In this document: piece after piece, positions 9,410-18,313 of the stretch | Numbering within the stretch: position 1 is the first letter of the stretch | Layout: each line of letters begins with the position of its first letter | NCBI GenBank assembly: GCA_018729555.1 | Contig: JAHHQG010000030.1 | Location: forward strand, 27,697 to 91,696 | From: Clostridiales bacterium | GTDB taxonomy: Bacteria; Bacillota; Sulfobacillia; RBS10-35 | Length of the DNA: 64,000 nucleotides | Reading direction: 5' to 3' | Made by a program: the position numbers and the translations under genes | Notes under the pieces: model-generated | Seen by the model: the letters and a program-made list of their open reading frames with translations, nothing else | Databases searched by the model: none | What the model was told of the DNA's origin: nothing

Positions 9410-10105
9410 ATGGGAACCTTCGATCGCTTCGCCACCATCGTCAAGAGCAAGATCCATAAGCTCCTCAACCGGTGGGAAGATCCCCGGGAAACCCTGGATT
9501 ATTCCTACGAAAAGCAGATGGAGCTTCTTCGCCAGGTGAAGCGCAGCCTCACCGATGTGGTCATGGCCAAAAAGCGCCTGGAGCTGCAAAAGATTCAGCT
9601 GGAAGAAAAGGCCCGCCAGTGGGAAGACCAGGCTCGCCGGGCCCTCCAGCAGAACCGAGAGGACCTGGCCCGCCAGGCCCTCAGCCGCAAGGCCGAGATG
9701 GAGGCCCAGGCCCAGGCTTTGGTGTCGCAGATCCAGGAGCTCCAGCAGGAGCAGGAAAAGCTTCAGCAGGCGGAAGCCCAGCTCAGCGCCAAGGTGGAAA
9801 GTTTCCGCTCCCAGAAGGAGATCATCAAGGCGCAGTACTCCGCCGCCGAAGCCTCGGTGAAGATCGGCGAAGCCCTGACGGGCCTCAGCAAGGAGATGGC
9901 CGATGTGGGGCAGGCTATCGAGCGGGCCCAGGATAAGACGGCCCAGATGAAGGCCCGCTCCGCCGCCATCGACGAGCTGGTGCAGGAAGGCATCCTGGAG
10001 GAGCCGGGGTGGAAAGACCCGGTGTTGCGGGAGCTGGATCAGCTGGAAGCCAAGGAGAAGGTGGAAAAGGACCTGCAGCGCCTCAAGGAAGAGCTGGGCC
10101 GCTAG
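9410..10105 (+). CDS. pspA: PspA/IM30 (ESCRT-III-like) protein
   Basis: EDPRETLDYSYEKQ, ARRALQQNREDLARQAL coiled coil and ARSAAIDEL; SD AAGGAGG. Confidence 0.93.
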   Translation: MGTFDRFATIVKSKIHKLLNRWEDPRETLDYSYEKQMELLRQVKRSLTDVVMAKKRLELQKIQLEEKARQWEDQARRALQQNREDLARQALSRKAEMEAQAQALVSQIQELQQEQEKLQQAEAQLSAKVESFRSQKEIIKAQYSAAEASVKIGEALTGLSKEMADVGQAIERAQDKTAQMKARSAAIDELVQEGILEEPGWKDPVLRELDQLEAKEKVEKDLQRLKEELGR

Positions 10106-10713
10106 ATCGCCTCATCCTGAGGGGGAAGGGGCTCCAGCTTTCCCAAGGGCACATCCCAAAGGGGATACCAGCGCTGGACGTCCTCTTCCCATGGGAGATC
10201 GGGGGACAAGAGGGAACGCCACCGGAACTCCTCGGTGGCGTTTCGTTGGTCGCCCTCCCCCGGGATGAAGCTGTAGAACCGGGCCCTCCGGTAGTTGTAG
10301 ATGAGGTAGCCGGGATGGGGATCCTCTTTGCGGGAAAAGGAGAAGACCGCCGCCAGAAGCTGCCCCTCCAACCCTTTATCCCGCCACACTTCCGCCAGGC
10401 CGTGGAGGGCCGGAACGGCGTCATCCAGGCGGGGTGCTTGGAGGAGGAACCAGCGGTAGCCGTAGCTGTCGTCCTCCGCCCGCACCTTTACCTGGAATTC
10501 CTCCGCCAAGAGGCGGAGGAGCTGCTCCCCCTCGAAAAGGGCCTCATCCGACGCTTTCCCTTCCCGGCGCTTCACCGCCTGGCCGGCCCGGCCGTCGAAA
10601 TACCAGGAGGTGGCCAGCTCCAGGGAAAGGGCCGCCGCCGGCAACCGGAAGAGGGGTTCCAGGCGGCCTTTGGGGGGCGCTCCTGCCCCGAAGATCATGT
10701 CCCAGAAGCTCAC
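10102..10713 (-). CDS. PspA-associated protein PspAB-like
   Basis: DDSYGYRW, YLIYNYRRARFYSF and EEDVQRWYPLW resemble the PspAB family; overlaps the htpX stop. Confidence 0.75.
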   Translation of the reverse strand: MSFWDMIFGAGAPPKGRLEPLFRLPAAALSLELATSWYFDGRAGQAVKRREGKASDEALFEGEQLLRLLAEEFQVKVRAEDDSYGYRWFLLQAPRLDDAVPALHGLAEVWRDKGLEGQLLAAVFSFSRKEDPHPGYLIYNYRRARFYSFIPGEGDQRNATEEFRWRSLLSPDLPWEEDVQRWYPLWDVPLGKLEPLPPQDEAI

Positions 10714-11603
10714 CGTCGCTGGCCCCTCATCTCCCGCTCGATCTGCTCCAGGTATCGCAGGCGCCGCTCCAGGGAAGGATGGGTGGCAAAGAGCTCCATG
10801 AGGGACTCGCCGCTCAGGGCGGGCACGATGTAAAAAGCGTTCAGCCCTTCAGCCTCCCGGAGGTCCTGCCGGGGCATCCGCTCCATGACACCGCTGATTT
10901 TCAAGAGGGCCGACGCCAGGTGGGAAGGGGCGCCCGTCAAGAGGGCGGCGCCGCGATCGGCGGCGAACTCCCGGTAGCGGGAAAGGGCTCTCAGGAGGAA
11001 GAAGGAGAGGAACCATACCACGACGGACGCCAGGTACACCAAGGCGATGGCGCTGCCGTTTCGGTCCCGCCGGTCCACAGGTCCGCCGTACCAAAAGAAC
11101 CAGCGCATCAGGTAACCTGCCAGGGTGCCGAAGAAGCTGGCGAAGGTCATGACCATCACGTCCCGGTTGCGGACGTGGGTGATCTCGTGGGCCAAAACGG
11201 CCTCCACCTCTTCGGAGGTAAGGGTTCGCAAAAGCCCTTCCGTCACCGCCACCACCGCGTGCTGGGGATCCCTCCCGGTGGCGAAGGCGTTAGGCACCCG
11301 GCTGGGCACCACCGCCACCCGAGGTTTGGGGACGTCCGCCAGCTGGGCCAAACGCGCCACCATGGCGTGCAGCTCAGGGTACTCGGCAGGGGTTACCTCC
11401 CGAGCCCCCGTGGAAAGGAGCACCAGCTTATCGCTGTAGAAGTACTGGAGGGCCATCATGCCCCCCACCAGGAGTAAGGTCAAGGTGTAGTCGACGCCGG
11501 CCGAAAGGAGCACCCAGACAAAAAGGGCGTAGAGGGCAAAAAGGAGGAAAACCGTGACGCCCATGCGAAAAGATAGGCCAGGATCGCGGAAGCGAAGCTC
11601 CAT
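10710..11603 (-). CDS. htpX: Zinc metalloprotease HtpX (M48)
   Basis: PNAFATGR, AVLAHEITH, SRYREFAADRGA and FATHP; start set at ATG 11603 from AAGGAG spacing. Confidence 0.93.
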   Translation of the reverse strand: MELRFRDPGLSFRMGVTVFLLFALYALFVWVLLSAGVDYTLTLLLVGGMMALQYFYSDKLVLLSTGAREVTPAEYPELHAMVARLAQLADVPKPRVAVVPSRVPNAFATGRDPQHAVVAVTEGLLRTLTSEEVEAVLAHEITHVRNRDVMVMTFASFFGTLAGYLMRWFFWYGGPVDRRDRNGSAIALVYLASVVVWFLSFFLLRALSRYREFAADRGAALLTGAPSHLASALLKISGVMERMPRQDLREAEGLNAFYIVPALSGESLMELFATHPSLERRLRYLEQIEREMRGQRR

Positions 11604-11692
11604 CCCCATCCGCTCCTTTAAGCGGTACAGTAGTGCTGAGGTTATTCTATCATGAGGGAGCACCAGAACCGGAACGGGAGGAAGGTGCAGCC

Positions 11693-12178
11693 ATGGCGCA
11701 AAGGGAAGGGCTTCTAGCCCCGGTGGAAGCATGGTGGGAAAGCCTCCCCCTTTTGACCTGGGAAACGGTATCCGGAGGTCGGCCCGACCGGGTGGCCGTC
11801 GCCCTCTTCGGCCCCGAGGAAAAGGAGGTGCCCGCCGTGCGCTCCCTGGCCCTCCATGCCCGGGCCGCCGGCGCCCACCTGGACCGCTTCCCCGACCCCC
11901 TCATTCCCGGCGCCCAGCCCCTTTTTTCCCACCGCTCCTGGGAAGCTTGGCTGTCTAGCGGAGTCGACACTGTCCTCCTGGTGGGCAGCCTTTCCCTCCC
12001 CAGCCTCATCTACGGTGGCCTCCTGGGAAGGGTCATGGCCATGCAGACCCAGCCCCTTTTGCGGACCATCCTCCCCCTCGCCCAGCTTGACCTCCGTCCA
12101 TCGCCCCTGGAGCGGCCCTGCCTCTTTCAGATGGCCCAAGCGGGGGTGGAAGTGGTGAGGGGCATCGCGATCCCCTGA
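11693..12178 (+). CDS. Degenerate isochorismatase/cysteine-hydrolase-like protein
   Basis: PDRVAV, WEAWL..GVDTVLLVG and QMAQAGVEVV recall the cysteine-hydrolase fold; no catalytic Asp or Cys visible. Confidence 0.5.
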   Translation: MAQREGLLAPVEAWWESLPLLTWETVSGGRPDRVAVALFGPEEKEVPAVRSLALHARAAGAHLDRFPDPLIPGAQPLFSHRSWEAWLSSGVDTVLLVGSLSLPSLIYGGLLGRVMAMQTQPLLRTILPLAQLDLRPSPLERPCLFQMAQAGVEVVRGIAIP

Positions 12179-12191
12179 AGGGAGATGCCTT

Positions 12192-13541
12192 ATGCCCGAC
12201 TTTGCCGCCGCCGCCAAAGACGCGGCCCAGCTCCTGAGCCGCCTCATCCAGTTTGACACCACCAATCCCCCGGGCCAGGAGCTGGCCTGTCTCCAGTTCC
12301 TTCAGAACACCCTTCGGGACCTGGGCCTTGAAACCCGCCTTTACGAATCGGCGGAAGGGCGAGGAAACCTTTTGGCCTTCCGGCCGGCCACCCGCCCCGA
12401 TGCCCTCCCCTCCGACAAAGCCCTTCTCCTCATGGGCCATGTGGACGTGGTGCCGGCCGAGCCTCAATACTGGACCTACCCTCCCTTTTCCGGCACCATC
12501 GCCGACGGGTACGTGTGGGGCCGGGGCGCCCTGGACATGAAGCACCTGGTGGCCATCTGGGTGGTCCTTTTGAAGCTCCTCCAGCGGGAAGGCCCCCCGC
12601 TGCGCCGCCCCATCAAGGTGATGTTCAACGCCGACGAGGAGGCGGGGGGCCACCTGGGAGCCGGCTGGATGGTGGAGCACCACCTGGAGGAGATCCGGGC
12701 AGCGGCGGCCCTCAACGAGGGCGGCGGCGAGGAGATCCGGCTAGGCAGCCGCTCCTACTTCACCTATCAGCCGGCGGAGAAAGCCTCGGCGGCCTTTGAG
12801 CTGGTGGCCCGGGGCACCCCCGGCCACGGATCGGTGCCCCACGACGACAATGCCCTTTTGTGGCTGGCCCGGGCTTTGGAGGCCCTGGCCACGGCCCAGC
12901 CGCCTCTCGTGGTGACGGAACCGGTGCGGGCTATGGTGGAGAGCATGGCCCGCCATCAGGAGGAACCTATGAAGAGCCTCCTCCTGGATTTCCTCAAGCC
13001 GGAGAAAGCCCACGACGCTTTCCGCCGCTTCCAGCTTCCCCAGCAGCGCTGGACCCTCTGGGCCCTCCTCCACAACACCGTCACCCCCACCATGCTGACG
13101 GCTGGCTCCCGCCCCAACGTCATCCCGTCGGAAGCTCGGGCCGTCTGCGATTGCCGCCTCCTCCCCGGGGAAACCTCGGCCTCCATGGAGCACTGGATCC
13201 GGGAAGTCTTAAGGGCTCACGGCCTCCACGAAAAGGTGACGGTCAAGATGCCGCCGGCCGCCAGCAGCCCTTCCTCCCCCTTGGACCATCCCCTGGTGGA
13301 AAGCATGGCCCGCGCCCTCCGGCGCCACCGGCCCGAAAGCCCCCTCATCCCCACCATGCTGACGGGCGGCACCGACGGCTCCTGGCTCCGGCCGGCGGGG
13401 ATCCCCACCTACGGCTTTGTACCCCTTCCCGAAGGGGAAGAATACGAGCGGGTCCACGGCATCGACGAGCGCGTCTCCATCGGGGGGCTGGAATTTGCCT
13501 TGAAAGTCCTCTACGACACGGTGGTGGATTTTTGCCGGTAG
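12192..13541 (+). CDS. M20/M25/M40 metallopeptidase (ArgE/DapE-like)
   Basis: GHVDVVPA, GRGALDMK, ADEEAGG, LNEGG, GGTD and HGIDER motifs. Confidence 0.92.
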   Translation: MPDFAAAAKDAAQLLSRLIQFDTTNPPGQELACLQFLQNTLRDLGLETRLYESAEGRGNLLAFRPATRPDALPSDKALLLMGHVDVVPAEPQYWTYPPFSGTIADGYVWGRGALDMKHLVAIWVVLLKLLQREGPPLRRPIKVMFNADEEAGGHLGAGWMVEHHLEEIRAAAALNEGGGEEIRLGSRSYFTYQPAEKASAAFELVARGTPGHGSVPHDDNALLWLARALEALATAQPPLVVTEPVRAMVESMARHQEEPMKSLLLDFLKPEKAHDAFRRFQLPQQRWTLWALLHNTVTPTMLTAGSRPNVIPSEARAVCDCRLLPGETSASMEHWIREVLRAHGLHEKVTVKMPPAASSPSSPLDHPLVESMARALRRHRPESPLIPTMLTGGTDGSWLRPAGIPTYGFVPLPEGEEYERVHGIDERVSIGGLEFALKVLYDTVVDFCR

Positions 13542-13552
13542 ACGAAGATCCT

Positions 13553-14215
13553 GTGGCCACCCCGGCCGCCCATCGCCGGGTCCCCTGGGTCACCGGGACC
13601 CTGGTGGTCCTTCTGGTGGCCATCTGGATCCTTTTGGAGCTCAACGGAGGTTCCACCAACCTCCAAGTCCTCATCCGGGCCGGAGCTCAGGAGAACGTCC
13701 TCATCCGGGCGGGCCAGTGGTGGCGGCTCATCACGCCCATCTTCCTGCACTTCGGCCTTCTCCACCTGGCCTTCAATGCCCTCGCCCTTTGGTTTGCCGG
13801 CAGCGCGGTGGAGACCATGTTCGGCCACCTGCGCTTTCTGGCCATCTTCTTCCTCGCCGGCATCGGGGGCTCCTTGACGGAGCTCCTCTTCGATCCCCGG
13901 CCCCACCTCATCACCGTCGGGGCTTCGGGGGCCATCTTCGGCCTCTTAGGTGCCCTCGTCTACCTCGCCACCCTTCCCTTTGGGCGGGGGGAATTCCGGC
14001 GCTCCGTCCTCCTCGCCATCGCCTTGGGGCTGGCCTACGGTTTTGTCCCGGGCTCCGACATCAACAACTACGTCCACGCCGGCGGCCTCGTGACGGGCCT
14101 GGCTGTGGCCGCCACCTTAGGGGTTCCCGGGTACCCGGGCCAGGAGACCCGCCGCGGCCTGGGGCTGATCCTCGTCACCCTTCTCGTCTGGCTGGTGATC
14201 TCCCGCCTGGATTAG
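13553..14215 (+). CDS. Rhomboid intramembrane serine protease
   Basis: WWRLITPIFLHFGLLHLAFN, VGASGAIFG (Ser) and VHAGG (His); start uncertain (GTG 13553). Confidence 0.88.
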   Translation: MATPAAHRRVPWVTGTLVVLLVAIWILLELNGGSTNLQVLIRAGAQENVLIRAGQWWRLITPIFLHFGLLHLAFNALALWFAGSAVETMFGHLRFLAIFFLAGIGGSLTELLFDPRPHLITVGASGAIFGLLGALVYLATLPFGRGEFRRSVLLAIALGLAYGFVPGSDINNYVHAGGLVTGLAVAATLGVPGYPGQETRRGLGLILVTLLVWLVISRLD

Positions 14216-14994
14216 CCGTCGGCCGCCGCCCTGACCGCTCCGCCGGCCATCTCCGCCAGGTAAAGGGCCTTTTCCGCCGCGGCCCTCAGGCCGGCGGCAT
14301 CCTGGGCATCGGCAGGGATATCGGCCACGCCGGCGCTGAAGACCCCTTCCGGGAGGACCGCTTGCAGCCGCTGCACCACCCGGGCCGCCACCCGCTCCGC
14401 CCCCGGGGCATCGGCCCCGGGGAGGAGAAGGGCAAAGCGGCGCCGCCCCTCCCGGCCCACCACATCCCCCAGGCGGGTGCTGGCCGTCAGGATCTGGCCC
14501 AACTTCCCTTCCCAGCTCCCCTCCCGCGGTTCCTTCCCGCCCAGGGAGAGGAGGACCAGGGCCAGGGGCTGCCGCAGGCGAAGGGACCGGGCCACCTCCT
14601 CCTCCAGGCGGCGGGCAAAAACTTGCTTCGACCAGAGGCCCGTGGCAGGATCCCATAAGCTGTCCGGCCGTCCCTGAGCCAGGAGAAGGGCTTCCGCCGC
14701 CGCCACCCATTTGAGGGCCAAGAGGAGGGACGCCTCCCGCTCCCCCTCCAGGGCCGTCTCCGGCCCCAGGACCCTCGCCCTCACCCCCCACACCTCCACC
14801 TGCCGCTGAAGGGTGGGCCCTTCCCCGCGCTCCCCTTGCCGGGCCCGAAGGATCCAGCGCCGGCCATCCCAGAGGTGGACCTCCACCCAGGGCCATCCCC
14901 ACCCTTCCGCCAAAAGCCGACAAACATGGGGAGCTACCGCCGCCGGCGGCGCTCCCTCCAGGGATGCCAAGAGAAGGTCCTTAGCCTCGTCCAT
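14212..14994 (-). CDS. Degenerate GGDEF-domain protein
   Basis: DPATGLW, RLEEEVARS, RLGDVVGREGRRRFALLLP, SAGVA and AEKALYLA; GGDEF is replaced by GRRRF. Confidence 0.8.
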   Translation of the reverse strand: MDEAKDLLLASLEGAPPAAVAPHVCRLLAEGWGWPWVEVHLWDGRRWILRARQGERGEGPTLQRQVEVWGVRARVLGPETALEGEREASLLLALKWVAAAEALLLAQGRPDSLWDPATGLWSKQVFARRLEEEVARSLRLRQPLALVLLSLGGKEPREGSWEGKLGQILTASTRLGDVVGREGRRRFALLLPGADAPGAERVAARVVQRLQAVLPEGVFSAGVADIPADAQDAAGLRAAAEKALYLAEMAGGAVRAAADG

Positions 14995-16153
14995 GGCCCA
15001 TATCCTCCAGCAAGGACCGCCCGATGATCCACCGCTGGATCTGATTGGTGCCCTCATAGATCTGGGTGATCTTGGCATCCCGCATCATGCGCTCGGCGGG
15101 GTAGTCCACCATGTAGCCGTAGCCGCCCAGGATCTGGACGGCATCTTCCGTCACCTTCATGGCCACGTCGGAGGCGTAAAGCTTGGCCATGGCCGCCAGC
15201 CGGGACACCGCCGGGCTCATGCGCTTTAAGCTCAGCCCCTCTTTATCCAAGGCCCGGCACGCATGGTAGGTCAGCTGGCGGGCCGCCTCCACTTGGGTGG
15301 CCATATCCGCCAGCATGAACTGGATCCCCTGGAACTGCCCGATGGGCTGGCCGAATTGCCGGCGCTCCGCTGCATAGCGCACCGCCAGATCCAGGGCCCC
15401 CTGGGCGATGCCCAGCGCCTGGGCGGCGATGTTGCTGCGGGTCCGGTCCAAGGTGGCCATGGCGATGCGAAAGCCGTCCCCTTCTTCCCCCAGCCGGTTT
15501 TCCACCGGCACTTCCGCTTCCTCAAAGATGAGCTCCCCCGTGGTGGACCCCCGGATGCCCATCTTGTGCTGGAGCCGCCCGATGGAGAATCCGGGGGTGT
15601 CGGGGTCCACCACGAAGGCGGAAATCCCCCGGGGTCCTTCCTCCCCCGTGCGGGCGAAGACCACGTAAAGGCCCGCCACCCCCGCATTGGTGATGAAATG
15701 CTTGCGGCCCGTGAGGTAATAGCGGTCGCCCTTTCGCACCGCCCGGGTGGTGAGGTGGGCCGCATCGGAGCCGGCCTCCGGTTCCGTCAGGCCGAAGGCG
15801 GCCAGCCACTCTCCGCTGGCGGCGGGAGGGAGGAAGCGGGCCTTTTGCTCCGGACTTCCTCCCAGGATGATGGGAAGGGTCCCCAGGACCTGGACGGCCA
15901 GGAGGAGGCCCCCCACGGCATCCACCCGGGAGAGCTCTTCCACCGCCACCGCGAGGGCCTCAAACCCGGCTCCCAGCCCCCCGTACTCCTCCGGGATTGC
16001 CAAGCCGAAGAGCCCCTGCTCCCGCAGGGCCTGGACGTAATCCCAGGGGAACTCCCCTTTAGCATCCACCTCGGCGGCCCGGGGCGCCATGACCCTCTGG
16101 GCCAGCTCCCGCACCGCCTCTCGGAGATCGTGGAACTCTTGTTCCGTCTTCAT
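14981..16153 (-). CDS. Acyl-CoA dehydrogenase
   Basis: LTEPEAGSD, KHFITNAG, KMGIRGSTT, RRQFGQPI, GGYGY and QIYEGTNQIQR; ATGA overlap with the trxB stop. Confidence 0.95.
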   Translation of the reverse strand: MKTEQEFHDLREAVRELAQRVMAPRAAEVDAKGEFPWDYVQALREQGLFGLAIPEEYGGLGAGFEALAVAVEELSRVDAVGGLLLAVQVLGTLPIILGGSPEQKARFLPPAASGEWLAAFGLTEPEAGSDAAHLTTRAVRKGDRYYLTGRKHFITNAGVAGLYVVFARTGEEGPRGISAFVVDPDTPGFSIGRLQHKMGIRGSTTGELIFEEAEVPVENRLGEEGDGFRIAMATLDRTRSNIAAQALGIAQGALDLAVRYAAERRQFGQPIGQFQGIQFMLADMATQVEAARQLTYHACRALDKEGLSLKRMSPAVSRLAAMAKLYASDVAMKVTEDAVQILGGYGYMVDYPAERMMRDAKITQIYEGTNQIQRWIIGRSLLEDMGHGRG

Positions 16154-17124
16154 ACGGCTGCTTTCTCCAGCCGGGGCCACTGAGGCTTTTGGCCGGCATC
16201 CCACTTTCCGAGGTAGGCCTCCGCCTCCAGGGCGGCCGTCGCCCCCTCACCGACGGCCGTGGACACCTGGGCCAAGGATCCGGCCCGGGCATCCCCCGCC
16301 ACCCAGATGCCCGGTGCGCTGGTCTTGAGGTCCGGGGTCGAAAGGATATACCCGGCGGCATCCCGCTCCACCACCCCTTCGAGGAAGCCGGTGTTGGGGA
16401 TCATGCCGATGTAGATGAAGACCCCGTCCACGTCCAGCTCTTTCGTGGAGCCGTCCTTGGTGTTCCGGAGGATGAGGCGGCGGAGCTTCTCGTCCCCTTC
16501 CATCCGCTCCACCACGTGGGAGAAGATCCACCGGATCTTGGGGTTGGCCTTGGCCCTCTGCTGGAGATCGTGGGCCGCCCTCAGCTCATCCCGCCGGTGG
16601 ATGATGGTCACTTCTTCCACCACCCGGGTGAGGTAGAGGCCTTCCGTCAGGGCCGAATCGCCGCCCCCTACCACCGCCACCTTGCCGCCCTTGAAAAAGG
16701 CTCCGTCGCAGATGGCGCAGTAGGATACCCCGCGGCCGCGGAACTCCTCTTCGCCGGGGACCCCCAGCTTGCGCTCGTAGGCGCCGCTGGCCACGATGAC
16801 CGTCCGGGCCACCTTCGGCCCCCCGTACATTTGCACTTCCCAGGTCCCGTCTTCCCGAGGCTTCAATCCCGTCACTTCGTCGTAGATGAGCTCAGCGCCG
16901 AACCGGACCGCATGCCGCTCCATGAGCTGGCTGAGGTCAGGCCCCAAGATCCCGTCGGGGAATCCCGGGTAATTGTCCACCAGGTCGGTGGTGGCGATCT
17001 GGCCCCCCGGCGTTCCCTTTTCCACCACAGCTGTCTTCAGCCCGGCCCGGGCAGCGTAGAGGCCCGCCGTCAACCCGGCGGGACCGGCGCCGATGATCAG
17101 CACGTCATAGCGATCCTCCGCCAA
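16150..17124 (-). CDS. trxB: Thioredoxin-disulfide reductase
   Basis: GAGPAGLTA, GVSYCAICDG (CxxC) and GGGDSA; TTG start after GGAGG. Confidence 0.95.
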   Translation of the reverse strand: MAEDRYDVLIIGAGPAGLTAGLYAARAGLKTAVVEKGTPGGQIATTDLVDNYPGFPDGILGPDLSQLMERHAVRFGAELIYDEVTGLKPREDGTWEVQMYGGPKVARTVIVASGAYERKLGVPGEEEFRGRGVSYCAICDGAFFKGGKVAVVGGGDSALTEGLYLTRVVEEVTIIHRRDELRAAHDLQQRAKANPKIRWIFSHVVERMEGDEKLRRLILRNTKDGSTKELDVDGVFIYIGMIPNTGFLEGVVERDAAGYILSTPDLKTSAPGIWVAGDARAGSLAQVSTAVGEGATAALEAEAYLGKWDAGQKPQWPRLEKAAV

Positions 17125-17172
17125 GGAGATCCCTCCCTCTTTCCAGTGTAGCATGGTGGGCCAGACGCCCTT

Positions 17173-18294
17173 TTAGCCGCGGCCGAGGCGCCTCAAAAGG
17201 GCGAGGAGAAAGGTCTCTTCCCGGCGCAAAAGCTCGCCGTCCACGTGCTCCAGGATATCGCTCTCGTGATGGTAATGGGGGATTTCCCCCGACGGGAGGG
17301 TGGCGCAGAAGGTGAGGGCCGGCCATTTCTGCGCCAGGAAGGGAAGGCCGTCGGTGGGTAAAAGAAGGGAAGGTAGCGGCCTCAAGGAAACGCCCGCCTC
17401 CTCCGCCACCATCTGGGCGAGCCGCCGCAAGGACCGGGGGTAGCGAAGGGGCCAGAGGGCGCCTTCCCGTTCCAAAAGGCGCATCCCGCCGGCGCCCAGA
17501 TTGTCGAGGTTGATGAGGGGCGGCTTTTCGGAAAGTTCCTCGGCAAACTGCCGCAAAAAGGCTTTGGCCCCCCGCTCCCCGACTTCCTCCGCCCCCGTGA
17601 GAACAACCCAAAAGGGCCCAGGCCCTTCGTCCTTCAGGGTTTCCGCCAGGGATAGGGCCAAAGCGGTGCCGCTCCCGTTGTCGTTGGCTCCCGGCACGGG
17701 CCGTCCCGTGAAGGCCGCTTGGAGAAAGCTGAGGCCGGCTGTGAGGAGGAGGAAGGCCTCTGCCGTAAGCGCCCATGGCTCACCCCAAAGGAGCAAAAGG
17801 GGCGCCGCGAAAAAGAGGAGGTACACCCCCAAGAAAAGAGGGCGGAGGCCCTTTTTCAGCCGGGGATGGAAAAGCCAGCTCCCTTTTTGGGTATCGTAGT
17901 GGGCCATGAGGATGAAGGCAGGCGATCCCTTTCCGAATCGCGCCAGGACGTTTTGGCTCCCCCCTTTGGGGAGGATCCGGTCCAGGTCCCAGGTAAGGCT
18001 TCCCTGCAATTCTCCCACCAGAAGGGAGAGGAGGACCAGGCAAAGGAGAAGCCCTCCCCAGCGAAGGGCGGGCCAAAGGGCCGACAGGGCCAGGGCCAGG
18101 GCCATGAGGAGGGCAACCAGGGCCGGCCCCCGGTAGAGGGTGTCGGAGGGGGCCCGGAAGGGGATGACCTCCACCTCCGCCCCCATGGCCTCCAGCTTTT
18201 CTTTCAGCCACCGGGCGGCCCGGGCTTCCTCCGGGGTGGTGGATCCCCGGTGGGGAATGCGCATCAACTCCTGGAGAAAGGCCCAGGCGTCCAC
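17173..18294 (-). CDS. Membrane-embedded M28 family peptidase
   Basis: AHYDT, GANDNGSG, GAEEVG, NLDNLG and YHHESD, with TM insertions. Confidence 0.85.
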   Translation of the reverse strand: MDAWAFLQELMRIPHRGSTTPEEARAARWLKEKLEAMGAEVEVIPFRAPSDTLYRGPALVALLMALALALSALWPALRWGGLLLCLVLLSLLVGELQGSLTWDLDRILPKGGSQNVLARFGKGSPAFILMAHYDTQKGSWLFHPRLKKGLRPLFLGVYLLFFAAPLLLLWGEPWALTAEAFLLLTAGLSFLQAAFTGRPVPGANDNGSGTALALSLAETLKDEGPGPFWVVLTGAEEVGERGAKAFLRQFAEELSEKPPLINLDNLGAGGMRLLEREGALWPLRYPRSLRRLAQMVAEEAGVSLRPLPSLLLPTDGLPFLAQKWPALTFCATLPSGEIPHYHHESDILEHVDGELLRREETFLLALLRRLGRG

Positions 18295-18313
18295 GGCGAC
18301 ACCCCGCTCCCTC

